Shown here in pieces: positions 35,318 through 43,845 of a DNA stretch of 64,000 nt; the stretch's first letter is position 1, and every line of letters starts with the position of its first letter. The DNA comes from a virus. A program made the translations under genes and the position numbers. The notes below the pieces were generated by a model. The model had not been told where the DNA came from. It saw only the letters and a list, made by a program, of their open reading frames with translations, and made no database searches. The stretch is taken from positions 1 through 64,000 of the IMG/VR virus record IMGVR_UViG_3300034358_000044, one strand, 5' to 3'.

Positions 35318-35349
35318 CAGCAGAGAGTCTGCTGTATCCTTATGCCGAA
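35318..35349 (-). promoter_or_regulatory. Promoter motif TTCGGCATAAGG (35338-35349) with leader hairpin (35318-35334)
   Basis: Exact motif; CAGCAGA-GAG-TCTGCTG. Confidence 0.75.
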
Positions 35350-35379
35350 ATGGAGGAGAGAATAACCAAGGGCTAAGAG

Positions 35380-35406
35380 GAGTCCCCCGGCTCTCGCCGG
35401 GGGCTC
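35380..35406 (-). terminator. Terminator with GAGA (GNRA) tetraloop
   Basis: GAGCCCCCGGC-GAGA-GCCGGGGGACTC on minus, after DUF3150-like gene. Confidence 0.75.
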
Positions 35407-35415
35407 TTGGTTCTC

Positions 35416-36489
35416 TTAGACCTCCAGGAATCGTGCGAAGCCCTTCGTCTTGGCGAGGGCAACCCGCCCAGCTTCTTCTGCAGTCTGCTCCAGTGCAAGG
35501 CTCCCGATGGAGTTCAGCAAGTTCTTGAACTCAGTCGTGGCGAAGCTGGTGCCATTGATGCTCTCCGAGGTGAGCTCGAAGTTGATGCTGCCGTCCGCAT
35601 TGCGACGGATGAAACGCTCTCGTGCATCATCCACCTGCTTCCTCCAGTCCGATGAACCGGTGAAATCGATGGCGTTGAAAGTCTCGAAGGCCTCGAAGAG
35701 AGGCCTCAGGTTCTTCGGGTTGAGCTTGCCCTGCTTCTCCAGCATGTTCTTCGCCTGGGCAGCAGCCTCCCCGAGTGCGCGGTGCATGTCGGAGGTGGCA
35801 GTCCTCACCCAGCTCTGCAGGTCCGCCCTGAGGGCTTCCCGTGCAGCCAGCAGCTCATCCTGTTGCAGGGTGTTGAGCTCTTCCAGCCCCTCCACTGCGC
35901 TCACCTTGAACATCCTCCAGGTGAAGCGGAACATCTGCGGGAGCTCATCCACGGGTGGGTAGAGCTTCCGGTGCTGCAGCTTCTGCATCTCCAGCCACTC
36001 CTCCAGCTCCTTCTGCCTCTCCGCCCTCTGGGAACTCACTGGGGTGCCTGGCCCCTTGGCCAGTTCCCGCATCATCAGGTCCTCGCTCTGGGAGTCGAGG
36101 ATGGAGAGCTGACGGGCCTTGAGCTCGGGGTAGTTGTCCACCAGGTCCTGCACTGCGCTGTTCCAGTCCCTCTGGAGGCTCCTCAGGCGCACCAGGAGGT
36201 CCGGCAGGGCACGGAAGTACACGAACCTGGCCCCGGACAGGGGGAATTCCAGGGAACGACCAGCCAGGGCCGTACGAGCCAGCCCCTCCAGCGTGACGAG
36301 CCGGCCCATCGCTTCCTTGGGGAGCAGCTTCTTGTGTCCCAGATAGATGGCGTCGTCGTTGATGCTGCCCTCCAACAACACGTCGTTCGACCTCAACTTC
36401 TTCTGGAAGGTAGGCTTGCCCACGAAGAGGTCGAACAGGGTCCCCTTGTCGAAGAGGATTTCAGTCGGTTGAGACTCTTGAGTCGTCAT
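35416..36489 (-). CDS. DUF3150-like protein
   Basis: KKLR..D, LG.K, DLVDNY, P..DE...F.F.W..F.V pattern; ends FARFLEV; start MTTQES with GGAG RBS. Confidence 0.65.
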   Translation of the reverse strand: MTTQESQPTEILFDKGTLFDLFVGKPTFQKKLRSNDVLLEGSINDDAIYLGHKKLLPKEAMGRLVTLEGLARTALAGRSLEFPLSGARFVYFRALPDLLVRLRSLQRDWNSAVQDLVDNYPELKARQLSILDSQSEDLMMRELAKGPGTPVSSQRAERQKELEEWLEMQKLQHRKLYPPVDELPQMFRFTWRMFKVSAVEGLEELNTLQQDELLAAREALRADLQSWVRTATSDMHRALGEAAAQAKNMLEKQGKLNPKNLRPLFEAFETFNAIDFTGSSDWRKQVDDARERFIRRNADGSINFELTSESINGTSFATTEFKNLLNSIGSLALEQTAEEAGRVALAKTKGFARFLEV

Positions 36490-36506
36490 TGATACTCCAA
36501 AGAGAA

Positions 36507-36539
36507 AGCCCCCACACAGCACGAGGCCGTGTGGGGGCT
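36507..36539 (-). terminator. Terminator/attenuator hairpin inside AAA operon
   Basis: AGCCCCCACAC/GTGTGGGGGCT 11-bp stem followed by TTTCTCTTT on minus. Confidence 0.7.
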
Positions 36540-36553
36540 GATGGGAGGTGGAC

Positions 36554-36763
36554 TCAGTTGCCGGTCTTCAGCTTGTCCTTGACGACTTCCTTGTCGAAGA
36601 ACTCCGGCTTCTTCTTCCTGCTGGTGACGTCGCCGCCGAGAGCCTCCTCGATGGACTTGGTGATGTCGGTGCAGACGGAGCCCTTGGCTCCATCGACCTC
36701 GATCTTCACGTCGGCCGCCCCGGGGGGAATCAACAGCGTGACGGTGTGGTAGTTGTTTGCCAT
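36554..36763 (-). CDS. DUF2997-family protein
   Basis: VKIEVDGAKGSVCTDITKSIEEALGG...KKPEFF. Confidence 0.8.
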   Translation of the reverse strand: MANNYHTVTLLIPPGAADVKIEVDGAKGSVCTDITKSIEEALGGDVTSRKKKPEFFDKEVVKDKLKTGN

Positions 36764-36765
36764 GG

Positions 36766-37191
36766 TCAGTACTCCACCACTCGGTTGAACTTGATCTTCG
36801 TGTCGGACTGCTTGACCTTCACCTTGCCTGGGCTGGTAGTCGATGCAGCGGAGGCGGGGACGGAAGGCTGAAGGTTGAACTCCTTCACCTCGAACGTTTC
36901 CCCGTTACGCCAGGACTTCAGAATCTCCGGCACATCACCTTGGACGGTGTCGGTGTGCTTGCAGCGACGCGACTGCCCCTTCTTCACGAAGCGCCAGCCG
37001 GGGCAGTTGCAGCTCACGGTGCCGTCCTGGTTGAGCTGTGCGACGTAGTCGAACATCACGCCGCCAGCCAGTGGGGTCTTGCTGGACTTGAAGCCCCACG
37101 TGAAGACCGGGGTCTTGTCCTCTGCCTTCTTCGGTGCCTTGATGCGTGCCATGTAGAGTTTCCTTCTTGGGCGTTGCAGTGGTTGGAACAT
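36766..37191 (-). CDS. SWIM zinc-finger protein
   Basis: VSCNCPGW...RRCKH; ends FNRVVEY; TGATG coupling. Confidence 0.8.
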   Translation of the reverse strand: MFQPLQRPRRKLYMARIKAPKKAEDKTPVFTWGFKSSKTPLAGGVMFDYVAQLNQDGTVSCNCPGWRFVKKGQSRRCKHTDTVQGDVPEILKSWRNGETFEVKEFNLQPSVPASAASTTSPGKVKVKQSDTKIKFNRVVEY

Positions 37192-37607
37192 CAGCCGTAC
37201 TTGGTCGCCACGAGCTTGACGACGCCGTCCTTCATCACTTCGCGCTTCAGGGTGTAGCCCTGGGCCTTCAACTTCTTCGAGGCCACGCGCTCGGCGTAGT
37301 CCTGGGCGATGCGGTTCTGGCTCTCGACGGGGAAGTCGGTCGGGTCGGCGTACAGGTTGTACGTCCCGTCCTCCTGCCTCTCGTAGCCGATGTCGTTCCA
37401 GCCGTAGTTGTGGAACGTCTTCTTCACGGCGTCCTTGCGCACGACGATATGCGCCTTCTTGGCGGCCGACCGGTCGTAGCCCTCCATCCTGACAGGGGTG
37501 TCGTGGACTTCGACCGAGTTCTCCCCGAAGACCTGCCTCAGGGAGTTGATGAGCTCGGTCTCGGACTTCTGGAGGAACTTCGGCTTCAATTCAGTGAGGT
37601 GTGACAT
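37191..37607 (-). CDS. DUF1257 (Ycf35)-family protein
   Basis: MSHLTE...NDIGYERQEDGTYNLYAD...QDYA...QGY...KLV. Confidence 0.8.
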   Translation of the reverse strand: MSHLTELKPKFLQKSETELINSLRQVFGENSVEVHDTPVRMEGYDRSAAKKAHIVVRKDAVKKTFHNYGWNDIGYERQEDGTYNLYADPTDFPVESQNRIAQDYAERVASKKLKAQGYTLKREVMKDGVVKLVATKYG

Positions 37608-37648
37608 GGGTTCTCCTTGAGGCGAGTTGTACCAGACGGGTCTGACAT

Positions 37649-39283
37649 TCAGACCTGAACGGAGCGTCCAGAGGCGGAAGGCGGAGGGACGGCCACCTCG
37701 GGGGTGTTGGCCGGGCGGGTACGGCGCTCGCACCAACGACGGATGGCGTCGATCTTCTCCTTCATCGTCTTGGACAGGGGGTTGGTGCTGTCGAAGCTGT
37801 GCTGCAGGTCGAAGTCGTTGAGGTCCTTCTCCCCATCGAATGCTGCGTACATGGCGTCGTTGATGGCTGCCTCGATCTCTGCCCCGGTGAAGCCTTCGGT
37901 GGTCTCCCCAGCGAAGTGGTCGAGCTTGATCTTCCCGCTCATGATGAGGTGACCACGGTTCTTCTTCTTGATGTGAATCTCCAGGATTTCCTTCCGCTCA
38001 GCCTGGTTGGGGAGATCCACCGAGAACATCTCGTCGAAGCGGCCCTTCCGAAGGAGCTCGGGAGGGATGCCGGTGACGTCGTTGGCCGTGGCGAACACGA
38101 ACACCGGGCTCTTCTTCTCCTGCATCCAGGTGAGGATGGTACCCATCACGCGGGCTCCCACACCAGAGTCCAGGTTGCCTGCCCCGCTGCCGGCAGTGCC
38201 CTTCTCGATTTCGTCCACCCACAGGATGCAGGGGCTGATGGTCTCTGCCACCTGCAGGGCGTTGCGGATGTTGGCCTCTGACTGCCCCACCAGGCTCCCG
38301 AACATCTTGCCCATGTCGAGGCGCAGGAGGGGCATGGCGAGCTCACTGGAGGCAGCCTTGGCCGTCAGGGACTTCCCGCAGCCGGGAGGCCCCACGAGGA
38401 TGATGCCCTTCGGAGCAGGCAGCCCGAAGTCCTTGGCCTTCTGGGTGAAGGCGTTCTTCCGCTTGGAGAGCCAGCTCTTGAGGTTCTGCAGGCCTCCGAC
38501 GTCCTTCAGGCCCGAGGGGGAGACCGGGATGTACTCCAGCAACCCCGTCTTCTTCAGCGCCTGGCACTTCTCCTCCATGACGATGCGGGGGTCCCAGATG
38601 TCCTTGCTCTTGGCGATGCGAGGACGGATGAGGGAGAGCGACAGTGCGTTCTCAGCCTCGCTGGTGGTGAGACCCAAGGCCGCCTCGATGAGCTCCTCCT
38701 TGCGCCCCTCGGAGGGCACCATGTCCCCCTTGAGCTGAGAGCCCTCGATGATGCCGTTCAGCACGTCGTGGAGCTGCTGCTCTCCGGGGAGCTGCGTCTC
38801 CACCAGGGCGAACTCCTTCTCCAGCTCCATCGGCAGCTTGGAGACCGGGGTGAGGACGACCAGCATGCGCTGCGTCATCTTGTACTCCGGGATGATGTCC
38901 AGCAGCAGCGACTGCACCAACGGGTCATCCAGGAAGTGGTGGAAGAGGCGCAGCACCACGATGGACTTGCTGGGGATGACGTACCGCTTGTCCTTCGCCT
39001 TCGGATCCACCACGCCGGTGAGGGCGTTGAGCAACCCAGGTGGGAGCTCGGTGTCCGCGATGGGGTCCTTCTTGCCGTCCTCCAGGATGCCCTTGCCGAA
39101 GGTCCAGGTGAACAGCTTGCGGTCCAGCTCGTGGGCCGCAGACTGAATCTCCTTCTGGCTCCTCATGTCCTCGGCGGACACGAGGTAGAGCGCGGCGTAG
39201 CCGGCCCGAGCCTTCTCGAAGATGGTCCTGGCGGTTGCTGGCTTCTCTTCCTTCTTCAGCGTGTCCTTCTTCTCATCAGCCAT
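37649..39283 (-). CDS. Ycf46-like AAA+ ATPase (degenerate N-terminal AAA + active AAA)
   Basis: VGGLQNLKSWL, GLPAPKGIILVGPPGCGKS, ILWVDEIEK, ATAN...PPELLRKGRFDE. Confidence 0.9.
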   Translation of the reverse strand: MADEKKDTLKKEEKPATARTIFEKARAGYAALYLVSAEDMRSQKEIQSAAHELDRKLFTWTFGKGILEDGKKDPIADTELPPGLLNALTGVVDPKAKDKRYVIPSKSIVVLRLFHHFLDDPLVQSLLLDIIPEYKMTQRMLVVLTPVSKLPMELEKEFALVETQLPGEQQLHDVLNGIIEGSQLKGDMVPSEGRKEELIEAALGLTTSEAENALSLSLIRPRIAKSKDIWDPRIVMEEKCQALKKTGLLEYIPVSPSGLKDVGGLQNLKSWLSKRKNAFTQKAKDFGLPAPKGIILVGPPGCGKSLTAKAASSELAMPLLRLDMGKMFGSLVGQSEANIRNALQVAETISPCILWVDEIEKGTAGSGAGNLDSGVGARVMGTILTWMQEKKSPVFVFATANDVTGIPPELLRKGRFDEMFSVDLPNQAERKEILEIHIKKKNRGHLIMSGKIKLDHFAGETTEGFTGAEIEAAINDAMYAAFDGEKDLNDFDLQHSFDSTNPLSKTMKEKIDAIRRWCERRTRPANTPEVAVPPPSASGRSVQV

Positions 39284-39611
39284 TGCGGAGCTCCCAGAAG
39301 AATCTGACTTCGAGTTCCAACGCTTCCTTGCGGGTCTTGAAGAAGTGCAAGGCGTCGGTGCGGTTGCAGTAGAAAGCAGTGATGTTACCCTTCGTCTCGG
39401 ACCTGATGGCGAGAGTGCGGTCCTTCACTGACCGAACGACCCAGCCCTGCATGCCCTCCCAATCGGACCACTCCTCCCACTCCACGTCAGAGACGCGGCA
39501 AGAGCGAGTCACATCGGCTCCGATGGTTTCAGCGAACGCCTCGATGCCCTCTTGGTAGATGGTCTCGATGGTTCCGTCCGCCCCTATCTTCAGGTCGAAT
39601 TCTTGTTTCAT
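39276..39611 (-). CDS. Hypothetical protein (I..DGT..TIY.E...R.S.VE family) heading the AAA module
   Basis: Pattern recalled from proteins neighbouring DUF1257/DUF2997/AAA in bacteria. Confidence 0.7.
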   Translation of the reverse strand: MKQEFDLKIGADGTIETIYQEGIEAFAETIGADVTRSCRVSDVEWEEWSDWEGMQGWVVRSVKDRTLAIRSETKGNITAFYCNRTDALHFFKTRKEALELEVRFFWELRNG

Positions 39612-39707
39612 AGCCGCCTCGGTTTCCACCTGTAGAGGCACGCGGCCATCGCGGTCAGGTCATTCAACGGCTTCCCGCAAGTTTCACACAAGCGGTCGTC
39701 GAAGTAG

Positions 39708-40292
39708 CTACTTCCAGGTGATGTGGGGGAGCTCGATGCTGGGCTTTCCGGCGTAGCCGACTTCCCAGATGAAGCATCCGTACTCGTTGGTGTCATTGAC
39801 AGCCTTTGCTCCTTTCACGAAGCTGGGACGTCCCACAATGGGGATGACCCATCTGAGCTGGCCCTGGTTCCAGAGGGTCGCAGCTCGGGCCTTGCCACCG
39901 AAGAAGTTCATCTTCAAGAGGAAGGCTATGTGACTGCCGGGGAGAAGATACTCAAGTCCAGCGAAGATGTGATCCTCAGCCAGACTGAATGGTGGGTTGC
40001 CTACTACGAGGGTCGGCCCCTCCACCTTGTACTGCTTGACCCATTGGACCCAATCGGCCTTGTGGACGTCATCAGCGCCAGCTTTATGGAGCGCCTTCAC
40101 ACTTGGATGAGTGTCGATGGCGATGAGCGGAGGTAAGCTCCAGAGCTGCCTCAAGGGTCGTACGAAGACCCCAGTTCCGGCAGACGGCTCAATGACTTCG
40201 AAGTGCCCTATGGGCAACAGCTCCGAGAGTCTCTTGCAGATGGCTTCAGCTAGTGCTGGTGGCGTCGGGTAGTTGTCAACCCGTGCGCCCAT
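39708..40292 (-). CDS. DNA N6-adenine methyltransferase
   Basis: DNYPTP, VIEPSAGTGVF (SAM motif), VVGNPPF (catalytic). Confidence 0.88.
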   Translation of the reverse strand: MGARVDNYPTPPALAEAICKRLSELLPIGHFEVIEPSAGTGVFVRPLRQLWSLPPLIAIDTHPSVKALHKAGADDVHKADWVQWVKQYKVEGPTLVVGNPPFSLAEDHIFAGLEYLLPGSHIAFLLKMNFFGGKARAATLWNQGQLRWVIPIVGRPSFVKGAKAVNDTNEYGCFIWEVGYAGKPSIELPHITWK

Positions 40293-40725
40293 TTCTACCT
40301 CTTGTCATCTTTGGTGGTGGGGGTGGGATTACCAACCCGGTGGACTTCTTTGCAGGCCTGCGACGCATCGAAACTGCCTTCTCGAACCAGCGAATCTTCC
40401 TGGCCCGGATGTCGATGACCTTGAAGGACGAGCGCCAGTCAGGGCACTGGATGTCGTACCTGCGGTCTGGGCACATCTCGTGGGCGATGACGAACTCGTC
40501 CTTGATGGCTACCCGGCTGTCATCGGTGTTGTCGTCCTTGTAGTAGACGAGAGTCGATGCCCCGCACCCGTGGCAGCAGAGCTCGATCTTCCCGTAGCCC
40601 AGCTCCTCGTACTCCGTGGTGTCCGTCATGTAGTGCAGGTGAATCTGGGGTGCCTTGGTGATGGTGTCGATGGCGAACAGGCCCAGGTGTGACGTGTGTC
40701 CGCAGCCTAGAACGGTCGCGCTCAT
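40276..40725 (-). CDS. Cys-rich hypothetical protein
   Basis: 149 aa, AGGAG RBS. Confidence 0.75.
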   Translation of the reverse strand: MSATVLGCGHTSHLGLFAIDTITKAPQIHLHYMTDTTEYEELGYGKIELCCHGCGASTLVYYKDDNTDDSRVAIKDEFVIAHEMCPDRRYDIQCPDWRSSFKVIDIRARKIRWFEKAVSMRRRPAKKSTGLVIPPPPPKMTRGRNGRTG

Positions 40726-40753
40726 TGGTGCTCCTCAGTCGAGTTGGGCTGAT

Positions 40754-41425
40754 TCATTCTGGCTCATCATCCCCTATTTCGACGTGTCTGCGAAACGTAA
40801 TCGTGTCGTTCTTCTTGGGTGATTCTTTCGGTGGAGGAGGCTTCCGTACAGGTCGTACAGGCTCTCCCCTCCATACTGGAGCGGGTCGGTTCGCCTTGTC
40901 CTGCAGGAGGCCCATCTCGATCTCCATGGCGAGGTTCCAAATCTCTCGTGGGAGGGAAAGTTGGTAGACCCCTTTGCCAGTCTGCACAGCTTTCTGCTGG
41001 GCATAGCGGACACACGACGCGGTCCCTCCGCTGTTCTGACCGTCCCACACCGCAAGAAGAGCATCGCTGTGGTCTACCATCCATGCGTTGCGGTCGTGGA
41101 GAAGCTGGGGGCTGTAGTATCCCTCACTGAGAGTCACGACGCTGGCTGCCTCTTGCAGGAGCATGTTGTAGTGCTGTCTGGATCTCATGGGCCACTTCGA
41201 GTCGTAGCCCTCGAAAGGAACGATGGCGTCGAATGGTATCTTCATCCTGATGCAGAGGGAGGCGACCCATTGGTCAGTGCCAAGAGCCATTCCAGTGAGT
41301 ACCTTGTCGATCTTCAGGACACCGAAGGACTCCTCCAGCTTCTGCATCACCGCGTTGTAGATAGGATTCGGAATGTTGTAGCCACCGAGCCGAGAAGGCC
41401 GATGGCCGGTGACTGCGAGGATCAT
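40754..41425 (-). CDS. YspA/DUF1273-like SLOG-family protein
   Basis: AVTGHRP, GMALGTDQW, RNAWMVDHSDALLAVWDG..SGGT. Confidence 0.88.
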   Translation of the reverse strand: MILAVTGHRPSRLGGYNIPNPIYNAVMQKLEESFGVLKIDKVLTGMALGTDQWVASLCIRMKIPFDAIVPFEGYDSKWPMRSRQHYNMLLQEAASVVTLSEGYYSPQLLHDRNAWMVDHSDALLAVWDGQNSGGTASCVRYAQQKAVQTGKGVYQLSLPREIWNLAMEIEMGLLQDKANRPAPVWRGEPVRPVRKPPPPKESPKKNDTITFRRHVEIGDDEPE

Positions 41426-41432
41426 AGGACTC

Positions 41433-41651
41433 CTAGACGTGAGGTAGTATTCGCTGAGAGTGTTGTTCGGCTCCCAGAGCTTTCTTCTGGGAATTGATAG
41501 CGTGGCCGTGTTCGTGAACCAGGGCGACCTTCTTCGTCCACTCGTAGTCGTGGGGGGGAAGCCACCGCCTCTTTGCTACTTTCGTCCAACCGTGAGCTCT
41601 GAGGAAGAGGCCCTCGACGAAGTACAGCAGTACTTGAGTGATTCTACGCAT
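41433..41651 (-). CDS. Small hypothetical protein
   Basis: GC3-rich from MRRITQ. Confidence 0.55.
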   Translation of the reverse strand: MRRITQVLLYFVEGLFLRAHGWTKVAKRRWLPPHDYEWTKKVALVHEHGHAINSQKKALGAEQHSQRILPHV

Positions 41652-41753
41652 GGTTACCTGAGAGAGTTGTACATCTTGATGAGCCAGAATCCAATGGTGA
41701 GAAGACTGGTCAAGAAGACGATGAGAGCTGCGAGCCACATAGTTCGGCTCCGT

Positions 41754-43172
41754 TTAGAGCTGGGGGTTCACACATTCCTGCGGACTCTTGTCCGTTCGTT
41801 CTTCGATGAAGGCGGCGAAGGTGAGGGCATTGGTGTCGTCGCCCTCGGAGATGTAGGTGCGCTCCTTGTACTCGACTCGCCACACCCTAGGCCACAACTT
41901 GACGTCGGCCATCTCCGTCTTCATCTGCTCCGTCATACCGCTGTTGAGGTTCGAGATGTACACCAGCTCGCCAGCACTGTTGTACTGGAAGAGCGCCACG
42001 CACTTGATGCCGTTGCCACCATACCGGCCCTTGGTGGAGAACTCACCTTGGCCTGATGCCGGGTTCCAGATGGCGATGAAATCGTCCTCGAAGGACGGCT
42101 TCAGCTTGGCGCAGAAGCTCCCAGGCCTGTCCGGCTTGCCCTTGAAGTTGAAGGCCTTGTCGCCGTACACGCCGTCCGGGTCCACCAGCACGAAGCCCTC
42201 CCACCCGTGGTGCTTCGCGATGGTCAGGGCTGCGTCAGTGGTAGGGAAGTGGTCGGCGGTGAAGATCTGCACCGGCCCTAGAGCGGTGCCCTGGTAGTCG
42301 AGCTCGTGTATGAGATCGAGCCGAGCTCTCACTGGCTGCTTGGAGACGAAGTCTTCTCCATTCCAGAAGGCAATGTCCCAGATGATGAAGGTCACGAACT
42401 TGCCCTCTCCATGGAGGAGCTCGTGCTGCTTCGACCGGCTCTCCATTGAGAGGCTCTTGGTGACACTCTGGATGGCCTTGAAATCCTCCAGCCCATTGGG
42501 GCCTTGGACTATCATCTCACCCAGTAGGATGCTGTTGGGAGGCATCAGGACCGAGGCAGCCTCGACAACGTAGGGGAACCTGTCATTCCAGGTGAGGTTG
42601 GTACCGGCCTCATCGTCATGCTGGCGCAGCATGCGCCGACTGTAGATTTGAATCGCCCCTTGGGCGTCTGAGACGATGACGTGCATCATCCCGTTCATCT
42701 TCCGGGTGTACCAGGCGTCACCATTCTCAGCCTTCTTGAGGAGGCCTGCTCCTGCCGCATTGAGAGGCTTGTAGAAGGCCAGGCTCTGCGGCAGGGGCTT
42801 GGTGAAGTCGATGGCAGGAGCCTCGATTGGATCGAGAGTCGTGTACTCCATCGTATCGTGGATGAAGGCGGAGACTTGAACCTCCCTGTAGCCCTCCCTG
42901 TACTTCAGCTCCATCTTCCTGAGCCCGAGAGCTAAGGCATTAGCGTTGGCGCTGACTTCGTTCTTCTTCCCTGCGTTGACGACGGGGGCCTTCTCGTTGA
43001 CCTCCTGCATGGCACCACCGAGCTGCCCCCACTTGCAGTAGAGGGTATCGTCGATTGCCCAAACTGTCCAAATTCTTGGAGAAGTGCTACGAGAGGCGAG
43101 CTGGATGAACTCCCTCTTCTCTCCCTTCCACTGGGCGTTGCGGTCTTGAAAAGTCACTGAGCTTCCTTTCAT
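41754..43172 (-). CDS. ATP-dependent DNA ligase with N-terminal WGR domain
   Basis: WGQLG..EGY (WGR); RKMNG (I), LLGE (III), IWDI (IIIa), WEGFV (IV), KLK (V); OB-fold tail. Confidence 0.85.
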   Translation of the reverse strand: MKGSSVTFQDRNAQWKGEKREFIQLASRSTSPRIWTVWAIDDTLYCKWGQLGGAMQEVNEKAPVVNAGKKNEVSANANALALGLRKMELKYREGYREVQVSAFIHDTMEYTTLDPIEAPAIDFTKPLPQSLAFYKPLNAAGAGLLKKAENGDAWYTRKMNGMMHVIVSDAQGAIQIYSRRMLRQHDDEAGTNLTWNDRFPYVVEAASVLMPPNSILLGEMIVQGPNGLEDFKAIQSVTKSLSMESRSKQHELLHGEGKFVTFIIWDIAFWNGEDFVSKQPVRARLDLIHELDYQGTALGPVQIFTADHFPTTDAALTIAKHHGWEGFVLVDPDGVYGDKAFNFKGKPDRPGSFCAKLKPSFEDDFIAIWNPASGQGEFSTKGRYGGNGIKCVALFQYNSAGELVYISNLNSGMTEQMKTEMADVKLWPRVWRVEYKERTYISEGDDTNALTFAAFIEERTDKSPQECVNPQL

Positions 43173-43199
43173 GGGACGTAAACTTCTACGTTGACACTG

Positions 43200-43211
43200 T
43201 CTTATCCCGAA
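43200..43211 (-). promoter_or_regulatory. Variant promoter motif TTCGGGATAAGA
   Basis: 10/12 match, 28 bp above the ligase start. Confidence 0.5.
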
Positions 43212-43224
43212 GATCAGGGAGGTA

Positions 43225-43455
43225 TTGACTATGGGCGATGGCGATGTAAGAATAGCTTCAATGGTCAGCGTGACCGTAGTAGACGCGGACAAGAAGACCA
43301 AAGAAGAGCTGTTGGGGTTGGTGGACTCGGAGGTGGAGAAGTTCTCCGACTTCATGGCCGCACTGGAGGACTGGCGGGCAAGAGGTGCCCTGAACAGCCC
43401 CGAGAAAGCTCTACTTCGTACGTACTTGATTCAGAAGATTCAAGGGAGACTCTGA
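43225..43455 (+). CDS. Hypothetical protein
   Basis: GGAGG RBS; 76 aa. Confidence 0.7.
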   Translation: MTMGDGDVRIASMVSVTVVDADKKTKEELLGLVDSEVEKFSDFMAALEDWRARGALNSPEKALLRTYLIQKIQGRL

Positions 43456-43766
43456 TGTCCCGTCTCGAAGTCATTCAGATTCGATGTGACAGGTGCAAGC
43501 GGGTCGAGCTCCAGCCCCCAGCCCCTGTCAAGGCCAGGGCGGACTTCGAAGCAAGAATCTTCGACAAGTACGTCAAGTACGAGGATCTCTGCTCGTCATG
43601 CAAGGAAGCCCTCGGTCGCATCTGGGACGACATGAGGGAATGGACCAGGGAAATCAAGCAGCAGTTCGGTCCCACTGTTGCAGACAACAAGTCAGTTCCC
43701 CTGGCTCCGGCTCCTGACTATTCGCCGCCAAAGCCGCACTCATTGGCTGCAGCGTCAAAGAAGTAG
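43455..43766 (+). CDS. Zn-finger protein
   Basis: CDRC...CSSC; TGATG coupling. Confidence 0.75.
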   Translation: MSRLEVIQIRCDRCKRVELQPPAPVKARADFEARIFDKYVKYEDLCSSCKEALGRIWDDMREWTREIKQQFGPTVADNKSVPLAPAPDYSPPKPHSLAAASKK

Positions 43767-43802
43767 GCTCGGCTGCCCGTCCCCACGGCTTCGAAGCCTG
43801 CA

Positions 43803-43836
43803 GCCCCGGGGGTTCCTTGCAGGGGATCCCCGGGGC
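43803..43836. terminator. GC-rich hairpin between convergent genes
   Basis: GCCCCGGGG...CCCCGGGGC. Confidence 0.65.
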
Positions 43837-43845
43837 GAGTTGTCT

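Noticed and set aside
41433-41651. HEHGH as a zinc metallopeptidase motif
   Set aside because: The ORF is only about 72 aa with no room for a protease fold or third ligand; probably chance
41754-43172. RNA ligase or capping enzyme call because of KxNG
   Set aside because: The OB-fold C-terminus and WGR fusion fit ATP-dependent DNA ligases
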